Part shown: one piece after another, positions 51,716-62,810 of the stretch
Layout of the letters: the number at the start of each line of letters is the position of its first letter
Numbering within the stretch: position 1 is the stretch's first letter
Assembly: GCA_946965045.2 (NCBI GenBank)
Contig: OX337232.1
Coordinates: 3,534,001-3,598,000, forward strand
Source of the DNA: Epithemia pelagica
Lineage: Eukaryota > Protista > Bacillariophyta
DNA length: 64,000 nucleotides
Direction of reading: 5' to 3'
Notes under the pieces: model-generated
Database searches by the model: none
Seen by the model: the letters and a program-made list of their open reading frames with translations, nothing else
What the model was told of the DNA's origin: nothing
Position numbers and translations under genes: made by a program

Positions 51716-54700
51716 ATGGTGCGATATGCCTGGAACACCGCAAAAAAGGCTTTGTTGTGGAGCCGAACAGTGCGACAAGTAACGCAAAGAGCACGCTGGT
51801 CGGCTTCACATCTAGGATGGAATTCCTTTCAACTGGGAACTACTAATGGACCTTGCTTCCGGTCGTCCATTCCTCGGTGTTCGTATCAACAAGCATGTCC
51901 TTTCACATCGACGAGTGACGATACCGATGGCGGTCACGCAATTGGGATCCCCGAAAGTTCAACGTCTTCTGATGATAGTTCTATGAAAAACTGGATGTCT
52001 TCCAAAGACCAATTGATGGCGTTGGAGCGAGGAACCTACGAATCTCAGCACTGGAAAGAAGCAGAAGACTTGCTGAATGAGTTGCAAACAAATCCGAAAC
52101 TTCCCCTTGACAAGGTTCGAAAGCATGTGAGGGCCATGTTCGAGATACTAGATCGACTTGCCGATGAAAAAGAATGGATGAAGCAGCAAGATGCTTCAAA
52201 CGAAAAACTCGACATGGCCACTGTGTTGACTCAGAAACTGTTGAATCATGCGCTGGATTCTTGGTTCATGTATATCAAATCCAAAACAAACAGGAGGCAG
52301 TTGATGTATGCAAAGAGGAAACGTGCACAAGGAGGTCAGTGGAAATTAGGAAACGCGGCGTTGGATCGCAATCTCCTTGGCCCGAAAACGGTCTTGTCAA
52401 AGATTGATCGATATTTTCATCTTGGTCTGTTCCAGAAAACCACTGTTCCATATTGCGTTGTGGTCCGTGGAATGAACAAGGTAGATGATCCACAACATGC
52501 TCCTTACGAGGCCCATAAAATCTACAAGATGTTGATTGAAAAAAGCGACCATGATCCCAATGACAGAACATTGCATCCCGATAAACGACTTGTATATGAC
52601 ATGATTGAGATATGGGCTCAGAGTTGGCTTCCGGAGAGTTATCATCGTACAGAAGAATATCTCATGTCGTTGAAAGATTGGTGCAAGAAAACCAATCACA
52701 AAATGCATAGACCCCATACAGACATGTACTGCGCTATCATGCAGACTCATGGCCGTTCAAATAAGCCAAATGCTGCGTTAACACGAATTCAAGATTTGTT
52801 TGCCGAAATGAAACAAAAATGTCCCTCTGATGAGCTTGATGTCGGCATATATAACCGTGTATGTCATGCTTTGGTTGAATGCAGCTCTATTGGTGCGATA
52901 AGGGTTGCGCACGTTATCCTTAACGATATGTGCGATGCAGTTCTGGACAAAGAAAGTCAAATCCCACGACCAAATGCATCAACTTTTAGTCTTCTTATCA
53001 CAGCATATGTGCGATCGGGGAGATCAGATGAGGCAGAGAAGTTGTTTGACCGAATGGAGCAACTGACCAAGGCAACAGGAGCAGAGGACTTGCGACAACC
53101 AGCAAATAACTACATTGGTTTAATCTCAGCATATGCCGAAGTTGGAGACAACACGAGAGCTGAACTGGTTGCAAAAAGACTAAATGAAGCAATGGGAAAC
53201 GGGGAAATATCCACTGAGGAAGGCAAATTAACGGTGATATGGGATCGTGCTCTTGTCGCATGGGCACGATCCATACATCCTGATGCTAGAGTCTTTTTCT
53301 GCCAGTGGATTCAGCGATTGCTCAAGTATTCCGTAGAGAACCAATTGCCAGGAAAAATTACCATCGATACGCTGAATAATGTCTTGCGCAATTTTGCCTC
53401 GATTGGAACAGTCAAAGGCGCAATGTCGGCAGAAACTTTGCTGAAATGGATGGAAAACCAAGACAATTCGCTCTTGAAACGAAACTCTAGTAGTTACCTC
53501 CAACATATTTTGGCTTGGTGCAAGGCAGGAAAACCGCATGAAGCAGAGACTTCTCTCCGGAGAGTTTGCGAAAACATATATGATGAGACGTCTTTGATAA
53601 ACCCGCGTTGTTTCATTAGCGTTATTGACGCATGGGCGTCCACCGACCACCCTCAAAGAAAAGAAAAAGCAAGAGGCATTATCGATCTAATGGAAACAAT
53701 GAAAGTCTCACCAAATCGTGACGTGTACAACTCCTTAGTGCGCGACTGGGCAAGGACAAAGAGGTTAGATATGTCTGAAACTCTGTTGAAAATGTTTGAT
53801 AAAATGAAACAACAATGGAAGGACGGAGATGAGTCTGCGAAACCATCAGGGTATACGTATAGTACAGTGATATGGACTCTGTGTCAGTCAAGAGAGTCCA
53901 CAAAGTTGGAGCATGCTGAAAAATTGCTTTATGAATGTGAACAAGATGAAGTACAACCGACGTTTCACATGTACAACTCACTCATGTCTGGATGGATGAG
54001 TCATTTGCGACCCGACAAAGTGGAGTCTTTGTTTGAAGAGATGAAGGACGGATATGTTGCTGGGAATGAAGCATTGAAGCCAACAAATGCAACGCACATT
54101 ACCCGACTCCAGGCCTGGTCCAAAGCCGGCAGTCCGGAAAAGACTTCCGAGGCACTGAACGACTGGATTGTTGCTGGTGAGGCGGAATCGTTCGTCGACA
54201 TACCAGGAACGCATGCGTTTAACGCTGTTCTTGTTGCATGGCTTCGGTCCAACCGTTCCAGTGCTGCAGAAAACGCACACAAATGGTTGCAACAAATGAC
54301 GTTTCTTGCTTCGTCCGGGAGGTTTGAATGCTTTCCGGACTGCTACTCGTTTACAGTTGTGATTTCGGCCTACGTCAACTCTAGGTCAACGGATGCAGAT
54401 AAAAAAGCTCTACAGTTACTGGAGGAGTTTAAGAGCATTTCTCGTGATAGACACGGTAAATCATTCGACCCCGACCTTTTCATGTATGTCGATGTCATTG
54501 TTGCTTGTTTCGGGTTTTTAAACATTGAGAATGGTGATGAAGCGGTTCGGAGTCTGTTTGCAGAACTCTTATCGAAAGAGGCCGCTTTTTGGCTCGACGA
54601 AGACATGGATGATGATGGACTCAAATCTAGATTGTTGCGTAAATTGCGCAGTGTGTTTGAATTAAGTCGCTTCAGACACGACGAGTTGCTAAAGTTGCAG

Positions 54701-54763
54701 CTGGAGCGAGTCGAATCCACTGCAAAACATGCTAGACGAGGGCAGGTGGGGGTGTGCCGATGA
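51716..54763 (+). CDS. Pentatricopeptide-repeat (PPR) protein, probably organelle-targeted
   Basis: About 1015 aa, intronless. PPR-like units PNASTFSLLITAYVRSG, PNRDVYNSLVRDWAR, PSGYTYSTVIWTLC, PTFHMYNSLMSGW, PGTHAFNAVLVAW and PDCYSFTVVISAY. Arg/Ser-rich N-terminus. Confidence 0.9.
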   Translation: MVRYAWNTAKKALLWSRTVRQVTQRARWSASHLGWNSFQLGTTNGPCFRSSIPRCSYQQACPFTSTSDDTDGGHAIGIPESSTSSDDSSMKNWMSSKDQLMALERGTYESQHWKEAEDLLNELQTNPKLPLDKVRKHVRAMFEILDRLADEKEWMKQQDASNEKLDMATVLTQKLLNHALDSWFMYIKSKTNRRQLMYAKRKRAQGGQWKLGNAALDRNLLGPKTVLSKIDRYFHLGLFQKTTVPYCVVVRGMNKVDDPQHAPYEAHKIYKMLIEKSDHDPNDRTLHPDKRLVYDMIEIWAQSWLPESYHRTEEYLMSLKDWCKKTNHKMHRPHTDMYCAIMQTHGRSNKPNAALTRIQDLFAEMKQKCPSDELDVGIYNRVCHALVECSSIGAIRVAHVILNDMCDAVLDKESQIPRPNASTFSLLITAYVRSGRSDEAEKLFDRMEQLTKATGAEDLRQPANNYIGLISAYAEVGDNTRAELVAKRLNEAMGNGEISTEEGKLTVIWDRALVAWARSIHPDARVFFCQWIQRLLKYSVENQLPGKITIDTLNNVLRNFASIGTVKGAMSAETLLKWMENQDNSLLKRNSSSYLQHILAWCKAGKPHEAETSLRRVCENIYDETSLINPRCFISVIDAWASTDHPQRKEKARGIIDLMETMKVSPNRDVYNSLVRDWARTKRLDMSETLLKMFDKMKQQWKDGDESAKPSGYTYSTVIWTLCQSRESTKLEHAEKLLYECEQDEVQPTFHMYNSLMSGWMSHLRPDKVESLFEEMKDGYVAGNEALKPTNATHITRLQAWSKAGSPEKTSEALNDWIVAGEAESFVDIPGTHAFNAVLVAWLRSNRSSAAENAHKWLQQMTFLASSGRFECFPDCYSFTVVISAYVNSRSTDADKKALQLLEEFKSISRDRHGKSFDPDLFMYVDVIVACFGFLNIENGDEAVRSLFAELLSKEAAFWLDEDMDDDGLKSRLLRKLRSVFELSRFRHDELLKLQLERVESTAKHARRGQVGVCR

Positions 54764-55552
54764 CCAAATGCTGATTCATCTTCACATGTTTCATGCCGTT
54801 GCTACTAGATTGGATGTATGACTTTCTTATTGTGTCTAGTAAGGTGTCTGTATTTGTCTTTTCAGTTCTTGTTCATAAATGGGCTATGGAATTGTACATT
54901 CTGAAGCACTTGCGGGGACGAAGAGTTTTTACACGATTGGTCTCGAGGCCATGATCCCGGGCGTCCGTAAACTCGGGAGAATGCTTCAATTTTTTTGGTT
55001 TGAAATGAAAGGAAGTATTATTGTGGATGGTCCAGCCAAAAACTCTCAGGAGCCGGGAAGATTGGGAGTGCAATGTATCGAGAAGCGGAAATGGAAGGAC
55101 TGGCAGTGCCGACCGGCGACTACTCCTAAATAGTTGCGGAAGCAAGCGTGGCAAATATAGCTTGCTGGCGAGGAGCGTCAGCCTTGCCTCACCTTGGGAG
55201 CGAAACCCACGAACGCGACCATGGCGCAGAAGAATCGTACGTGACTCCGATGAGTTTCCGGTGTAGCCGAATGGAATATGGGCCCTATCCCTAGAACTTG
55301 TCGAACAACCCACCATCCATCTCATACTGACAGTGACAAGCAAGACAATATTCGTAGAGTCTTGGGATTGGACATAACCTTTCGTTTCCAAAACGTCAAT
55401 GGACAACAGATACGGGATCGAGGTTCGATCTACTTCCCTATATGTTCCATATGGGAGATCATGATCCAAACGCTAATGTTACTACTAATTTCTATCGCCT
55501 TCTACCATACTAGCTGTGTATTGGTTGTTGCGTTGTTTTGTTGTCCTATACA

Positions 55553-55553
55553 G

Positions 55554-55593
<40 letters not shown>
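55553..55593. repeat. (GTT)n microsatellite
   Basis: About 13 perfect GTT units. Confidence 0.95.
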
Positions 55594-55595
<2 letters not shown>

Positions 55596-55667
55596 TTCCA
55601 TTGGTCCTGGTTTGGCGCATTGTCGTTTCCCACCGTTGGAAAACGAAAGTCGACGTGCCCATGACAC

Positions 55668-58389
55668 TCACGTGTCACATCCATCCGACGACGACAGGGA
55701 CGATAGTCCCACTTCTCTCATTTCCACCATGTTTCGGTCATTTCCATCTTCCAGGTCGTAGTCTTCCTGAATAAGATTGGTTTGGTCCGTCGGAGCTCGG
55801 TGATAGGCGGCGGTTGTTCCTCCTTGCAATTGTAATTGTTCTTGTTGCTCGAGTTGTTGCTGTCGACGTTGATAGGCCAAATAGGCACCAACAAACAAGA
55901 CGGCGGCAAATCGAAACAAGCCATTTCCTTGCGCCCATTGCAAAAATTGCACCCAGGAACTTGAACTGGAAGAGTGTTCATGTTGGGCCGCATTGACTCG
56001 TTCCAATGGCATCAAGTCGTCGTCGTCGTCATTGTCATTTTCGACGTCGTCATTTTCGTCATCCCATCCATAATAGACGGGTGGTGTGGATTGGGGAGAG
56101 GATTCCGCCGCCATGAGTCGCGTATAATTGCAATCGGCTTGGGCCCATCCAACTTGTCGCGCATCCATATCAAAGGCCACATCGTGTCCGAGGAAGGCAT
56201 TGGCACCCAACACACCACCATGAGGTTCGTGAAACCACAATCCGTTGGTCCAAGTGCCATCATTGGGATTGTACGACATGTACTGCCGGGGTTCAATGTA
56301 CAACAAGACATCTTCCGGATGATCGGGATCGTGGCCCACTGCCAATCCAGGGACTCGTGGGTCCAGGGTTGCGGGTTTCTTGCTGGAGGATGCGACGTCC
56401 CACTGTTGGGTTCTCATATATTGATTGGAGACACGATTGTTTCGATGTTGGTCTCCCACCAACTGGACCACAAAGGTGGGCATGGCTTGCACTTGGTCCC
56501 AGGTAAACTGGTACGTGGAATCAGGATTGGGATAGTCTTGGTTCGTAGTAGTATGGGGATTTGGGGACCAGAGTTGCAAAAACAAGTCTTGAAACTTGTT
56601 CTGGAGACATTCGGGAAAATAGGAATCGGTTGTCCCGCTATCCACCAAAATGGGATGAACACCCGCTTGATTGAGTTTGTGCAAATCCGTGTCATTGACG
56701 CCGAGTGGAATCAAGGAATGGTTGTCCTTGTCGTTCTGGTTGTTGAGCATGTAGAGATTGCGAATTTGAACGGTATAAAAATTGTGGTGCGCGACAGTCG
56801 GCACTTCCATGGGTTGCGTCCAGACCAAGGGACTGGTATGCAATCGCGCATCCGTTCCTCCCACGGTCAGGGTCCCCGCCGCGGGTCCACCGACCCCGTG
56901 TTGAGGAGGAGCATGCTGTTGCTGTTGCTGGGGATGCCAGGGGTTGGCAAAACACAGCGACACTCGATTCTTCTTCTGGTTGGTCGTCTTGTGGTGGTTT
57001 GGTGGTGGCTCATGGTGTGATGGTGATGGTGGTGGCGGCGTATTCTGGATGTGACGGAGCAAGGATCCCAGGCCCAGGTCCATTCCCAAAATACCATCCG
57101 CCAACTATAGAAAGATGCGCCGCCACGAGAAACAAATGCCCACAAAATTTTGAGAGAACGACAAACATGGGTAAGAAGAAGAAGAAGAAGAAGAAGAACC
57201 TGTAGTGTCTGTTCCAATACTACCATTCGACACTTTGGTGTGCGCGCGCAAGTACGGCAAAACGTACCTGTGTGACAAAGTAGCCCGACAATTCGACTTG
57301 ACATCCAAACGGCAAGCGAAACGAGGATTCAGTAGTGGTGTCTCGTGTGGGTGTCGTCGTACCACCAATCGTCACGACATCGGACGCTCCATAGGCCTTC
57401 CACGAACTGTGTTCCATATAGGCCATGGAGACATGACATTCGACAGCGGTCGAATGATTGTTGTGGTGGCGGTTGTCTGTTGTCGTAGTTTTCCAGGACA
57501 AGACATCGTGTGGTGGCTGCTGGGGCCAACATTGTCCATATTTATAGTCAAAGGTTGTGGCACAATCGTGACAGGACACGTATTCAAACGTGGTGGACTG
57601 GGTGGGATCAAAGAGGGGATTCAAATGATGGTGCGGTCGTACCAGGCTGTTGCTGCTGTCCTCTGGATGGAGTTGGGGCGTTGGCAAGGCATGCCCACAG
57701 TCATTATCGCCACTGGGACACCATCCCATGCTCTGACAGGGAAAGGCCGTGACACTGGATCCGGTATCGACAATGACCGTTTGTCGTTGCGGCACCGGAG
57801 AGCCTACCCACAAATCGACATAGTGAGTTCCATAGCCTTGCCACAATTGCGACGAGGAAATCTCCGTAGTCGTAGTATTGGGGCAGTTGTTCGAGTCTCC
57901 CATCCTTTTCAAGTGTCGTTCTTGTTGATGTGGTTGTTGTTTGGAAGCATCTTGTGAAGGATCCTGTTGGTGTCGTCGTGGATAAACCGAAAATCGACGA
58001 GGACGCTCGGTTTCTCGTTGGATTTGTTCGACGGATTGTGGTTCATTTTGGTGGTATCCTTGTTGCAAGTGTCGTTGTCGCCGCAATTCTCGTCTACGTC
58101 GTTCCTGAACCATGGAATGAGTCAGCAATGGCAATTGTTGTGGATGTACAACCCAAGCAGCAGTGTCTTGTGATTGTTCGTGGTCGTCAAGTGATTGTGT
58201 GGTTGTGCGTTGTTCTGGTCGTGGTGGTGATTGTGTCAACCAAGAAGAAGAAGAAGATGATGATGATGATGACGAGGATGCTTCCACCATCACCACTGCC
58301 AGTGCCAATCCAACTACAACGACCATCATCATCCTCATCGGCATCCATCGAGTTGTCTTCCTCCTCCTATTACTAGTAGCTAGCGCCAT
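55668..58389 (-). CDS. Membrane-anchored A1 aspartic protease (plasmepsin V / nucellin-like), two exons, about 852 aa
   Basis: Exons 58389-57268 and 57104-55668; intron 57267-57105 (CAG|GTACGT...CTATAG|TTG) gives TQ-LADGILGM. Catalytic VDTGS and VDSGT; GVLGAN; N-terminal hydrophobic stretch and C-terminal TM. Start codon choice uncertain. Confidence 0.88.
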
Positions 58390-60443
58390 TCTTGGAATGA
58401 TTGCTACGATTTCGCAATCATTCTTGGTTTGATTCTCATAAATGCCTTGGCGCCGCAACGACGACATCAAGAGCCTTTTGCTTCTGAGACTTTTTGCTCG
58501 GTGGTGCGTTTGGATTGGTTCTCTTTTTTCGCTTGGAGGAGCGGAGCAGGAGCCGAGCAGAGGGTGTGTCTGTGTGCCTCTTGTTTTCTTTTTCTTCTTG
58601 TTGTTGTTGGTTTCTGTTGTTTCCTTGGTGGAGATCGGCAGTTTTTGCGAATGGTTCGATGCGATGTGGTTGGTCCATATCGAAAGGTGCGTCATCTGTC
58701 CTCCACACAAACAATTTAATTATGAGAATTGAGGCAATGGCGAGGAGCGAATGACTGACTCGGAACGAATGAAGGACCATCCACCACACCACCCATTCGA
58801 GTCGCGTCTTGGTCGCGAATTGTCAAGAGCCACATTCTGGAACTTGGAACCGAAGAATCAGAATTTCCAAAACACACAAGAATACAACCATCAAATAAAT
58901 GGATTGCCATAGGTCTCAGGCTTTTCGCTTTTATCTCACACTGTACTGTCTCTCTCTCTCTCTTCTGGTATGTGTGGGGGTTTGTTACGGACTCCGGGGG
59001 ACAAAAAATTCCTCCATAGTTACCCGTGCTTTTCATACTCGTACTCTATTGTCTACAGTAATCTGGGCCTGGTCTAGGAAACACACCACGGTCATTGTAC
59101 TGCACAAGGCACCACCATGGCAACTCGAGCCGGTGTGTACCTCCAACGAAAGGTCCTAGTACTCCTCCGACCATCACAGTGTCTTCAGAATCAAGTGTAC
59201 CGTGATGGGTGAAAAGGGCGACGATGGGTTGGCTTGACTGATGGACCTACGGCAAGGTTTTGAAGTCTTCCTTTTTGGCATCCGCAACAAACGAAGTGAC
59301 CGTGAGAAGACAACGACCACAATTGATAGAATGTGTCCAGAAATTCACCCAACATACGTCCGCACGCAACAATCAACTCCTCGTTTCGGCCGAGTGACCT
59401 ATAACAACGACGACAAGCAGCTGTGGTGGTGGTAACATAATATAGGCTTATCATTAGGAAACGGTTTGTACATTTTGCACTAGTATGATTGTTGTTCTAC
59501 TATTCGTACAGGAAGGGTAAGCGCATACTCGTCTCATGGTGAGGGTGAGGGATTTCATCTTTACGAGGTGTAACCTTACAAGAATCAACCGTTAATGAGG
59601 GGCAATTCATTTTACTTTAGGAAAATGTATGGTGTAGTGAATCTCGTTGGGCCGGAAGTCTTACCAACGTGAAAACGGGCTATCGTGGAGGAATTTTTTG
59701 TCCCCCGGAGTCCGTATTGTTGTTGTTGTGGTTCGCAAAGACAAGGACAGGATGAACCGAGGTAGGAATACATGGTTCTAGAATACTATGGTATGCGGTT
59801 CGCCTGGTAATCATCATCATCTTCTTTGTTTCGTGCGGCGTGACACCCAGAGTTTCGTTGGCAGCATGCCGTGTCGACACATGAGATTGTGGGGGGTCGT
59901 TCGAGTTGGACCGTGTCCAGGAACCATTGCCCCCAGCAGACAAGGGTGAACCAGTTCACTGCCGCCGCAAAATGGTGGACACCTCTCCCTGGAACCATCA
60001 TCATCATCATCATCCTGGTGCAACAGTATCAGGGTCATGCAGGAGGAAGCGGTGGTCGGCTTCGCCATTCGACAGTCCTTCCGACTCTTACCAAACGAAT
60101 GTCCGTGACGAACATGAGAATGGTGTACGGGGCGATTGCAGTATTAGTTCGTTTGGTCCCAATCCGAAGAAGACTACCAATGAGGAATGATCGTCTAGTA
60201 CGTAGTCGTACCAACTAGATGCAGATGAATCCCCATGATGCAAAAGCCTCTGGTGAGTTTTTGTGAGATCATGTATGTATCTACCGTAATTTGCGGATTC
60301 CTGTCCCCCCTTTGTCCTGTCCCCCCCCCCACCCAGTGATGTACATGGATCTCTAACTTTACCAGGAAGTAAGCTACGTTAGGTTTGAATACACTACGTG
60401 ATTCGTGACATTACGAGCTTTCCATCGGTGTATCACACGTAAC

Positions 60444-60911
60444 ATGGGGTTTTCTCTGACGGGAGATACCATCAATATTGTGGGCATTGAGGCCTCATCA
60501 AATGGCCGATGTTGTGAAGAACATCCTATTTGTGGTATTGTTCTTCAACACAACTCCCTTGTTCGAATCAGACTTGTCCAAATAACCATTTGTGGAAAAG
60601 AAGAGTCGGCGCTGGCTGTATTCTGGGTGACAGATGGGGTGGATCGCTGCAGAGTTGGGTTTCTTCCAAGATACTACAAGAAGAATGCCCATCTCTATGA
60701 TGGAAAGCTGGCTCAAGTCACCGAGTTTTTAAAGGATTCAGAGTTCCCTTCAGAGAGGGAAAAGAGTTACAGAGGACGTGGTGTTTGTCGTGCTGCTTTA
60801 GTGGAAGTTGTGGAGACTCCACCAAGAAAACGTTCACTCAGTTCCGTATCAAAGGATGATGATGAAGACCAAGAGAACAAAAAGAAAAAAAGCATCAGTT
60901 CTATAGCCTAA
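60444..60911 (+). CDS. Transposon-borne 155-aa protein with a HIRAN-like beta-barrel pattern
   Basis: Intact ORF inside the TIRs: INIVG...GRCCEEHPICG.VL...VRIR...EESALAVF...DRCRVGFLPR...DGKLAQV, plus a basic tail (RKRS, KKKK). The fold call is by pattern only. Confidence 0.6.
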   Translation: MGFSLTGDTINIVGIEASSNGRCCEEHPICGIVLQHNSLVRIRLVQITICGKEESALAVFWVTDGVDRCRVGFLPRYYKKNAHLYDGKLAQVTEFLKDSEFPSEREKSYRGRGVCRAALVEVVETPPRKRSLSSVSKDDDEDQENKKKKSISSIA

Positions 60912-61776
60912 TTAATCAATAGAAATACTGTCACTTGACAAACTGAGTTCTTGCATACTATCTTCCAATTCTTGGATTGTTTCTGTCGGTGTAGATGGAG
61001 CAACCTCCCCAGGAAAAAATGAGTATTCTCCATGTCGCCAGGCATGCCTAATGATGTCCCCATCCAATTCCTTTAAAGCCATCTCACACCACTTGGCAAT
61101 GGTAGGACGACTTGGAGGAGTTGTCTTATCCTGTGCAAGTCCCTCCTCCAACATGTATTGCTCCCAGGCCGCTCTAATCCGATTTTTGAGCGGCTTGTTG
61201 ATACCAACATCAACTGGTTGGCATGAAGTCTTTATGACGACATGGCTGTTGAATCAATGGAAGGACAGACTGGACAAACTGCTTGGCTTCTTCTTGCTTT
61301 TCTCTGGGATGGGTTTGCGCCTCGTGGGTCTTTGATCTGATCACAATACCCTTGGCACGGAGAATGCGTCTGATTATTGCATACTTAGCTGTAGAGCTCT
61401 TGCGACGCAAGTTGTTGTCCATCTGGCATGCCATTATGACAGCCATGTTGGTGGACACTGGCATTCCAGACTCTCTCAAATCCATGATCTTGTCCACCAG
61501 TTCATCTGCCTTCGGAAAGGTTGTCTTCCGGCCAAAGTGGACAGAGAACTTCGACTTCTTGGAATCGCGGCAAGCCTGTATGAGCGTTGGCATTTGCTTC
61601 ATCCATCGTCTCAACTGAGAGGGATCCACATCTTCATCTCTTGCCAGCTTTTTTAAAGAAAAGTTGGCATCCAATCTACGACCTCTCCTCAGTTTGTTGC
61701 AGATCTCCACCTTCCTTTTGTTGGGAATGAAAACCCGACATCGCTTTGGGGCGTTGGTGTCATCCGCAGCGTCCAT
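60912..61776 (-). pseudogene. pogo transposase lacking the DDE core
   Basis: N-terminal HTH/CENP-B-like region (KRKVEI...LARDEDVDPSQLRRW...GMPVS...GIVIRSKTHEAQ) is joined after RHKDF, out of frame, to CQPVDVGINKPLK...PSRPTIAKW...IRHAWR. Confidence 0.88.
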
Positions 61777-62810
61777 GGTCAAAAGCTCTTACACGCAGTG
61801 ATGAGCGGACCTCCCACCACCGAATCAAAAAAAGCGCGAAAAAACACTGTCTTGTAAATAGTACTACGATATGGAATCTTATGGAATCTTAAAAAAAATT
61901 TACGAAAAATTTACGTAGTCCTGTCCCCCCCCTCAAAATTTTTGAACATTCCGGGGGGACAGGAATCCGCAAATTACGGTAGTGTTAATGGTTTATGGTT
62001 TCTCTTGTGGGGAGCATGCGAATGCTCACCTCTCCTATATGCCATGCTGGCTCGCGACTGCTCGCAGATATCACAGCAGCTTGTTGGCAGTTTAGACGAT
62101 GGTCGGAATCAATCGCACACATCTGCTTGCCACCGAGCAGCTGGCAGGAAGCCATGGCGCTCTTGTGTTTTTTTGGTACAGTTCAAGTTGGAAGGAAGAA
62201 CGACATGCATCCATTGGGGGAGCGAACCCCTCGCCAAGGCGGCAACCAAGGCCACGCAATAATGGGGACTGTCGCTGGGCATCTCAAGTCCCATGATGGT
62301 GATGGATGATGGATCATCTGGATGACCAACGGTTTCCCCCAAACCCATCTGGATCGGTTGTTGCGTCTTCTGTCAAAACGCGTTTCTCGTCTCGTTACCT
62401 TGACTCGATTGCTTCGACAATGGGACAATAGCTCTCCTAGACCGAGACATACAGAGGTAGCGATAGCGTGTTGCCTCTAAGTCTCTCTGGCTAGTACTTT
62501 CTGATGTTAATGTATTGAGAGGATGATAATATACTAAACCTCTTGCATCTTGCGTTTTGTACGCAAGGCTTGGAGTCCCTAATATATAGGTAGTGGTAAT
62601 AATCGACCGTCCATATGGCACAATCCAATCTCTGTTCGCGTCTGTTCCGTTCTGTTAGCGTTTTGCACATTCTCATGCTGGGCACGTTCCAAGAGTAACA
62701 CATCATGACAAGTGCGTGCAAATTAATATGTGTGCGTCTTTGTGTGTATTGTTCGTTTTCTTTTTTTCTGATTGATTAGGCGAGAGTATGTACAACTCCA
62801 TTTCTCTCTA

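Larger units (their letters stand above)
60284..61979. mobile_element. pogo-type (Tc1/mariner superfamily) transposon, non-autonomous deletion derivative, 1696 bp
   Basis: Perfect 27-bp TIRs CCGTAATTTGCGGATTCCTGTCCCCCC at 60284-60310 and 61953-61979. TA TSD at 60282-60283 and 61980-61981. Subterminal CTGTCCCCCC repeats. Confidence 0.92.

Noticed and set aside
54873-55469. 198-aa minus-strand ORF, with a possible GTGAGG...TTTAG intron
   Set aside because: No recognisable domain in any frame or splice combination I tried; may be UTR/intergenic sequence between convergent genes.
55974-57020. 348-aa plus-strand ORF; likewise 268..1131, 57205..57957 and 62772..63413
   Set aside because: Each lies antisense to a well-supported gene and reads as a codon-bias shadow.
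59000-62500. A host gene interrupted by the pogo element (possible GTGAGT donor near 60253)
   Set aside because: Flanking frames are short and low-complexity and could not be joined into a credible protein.
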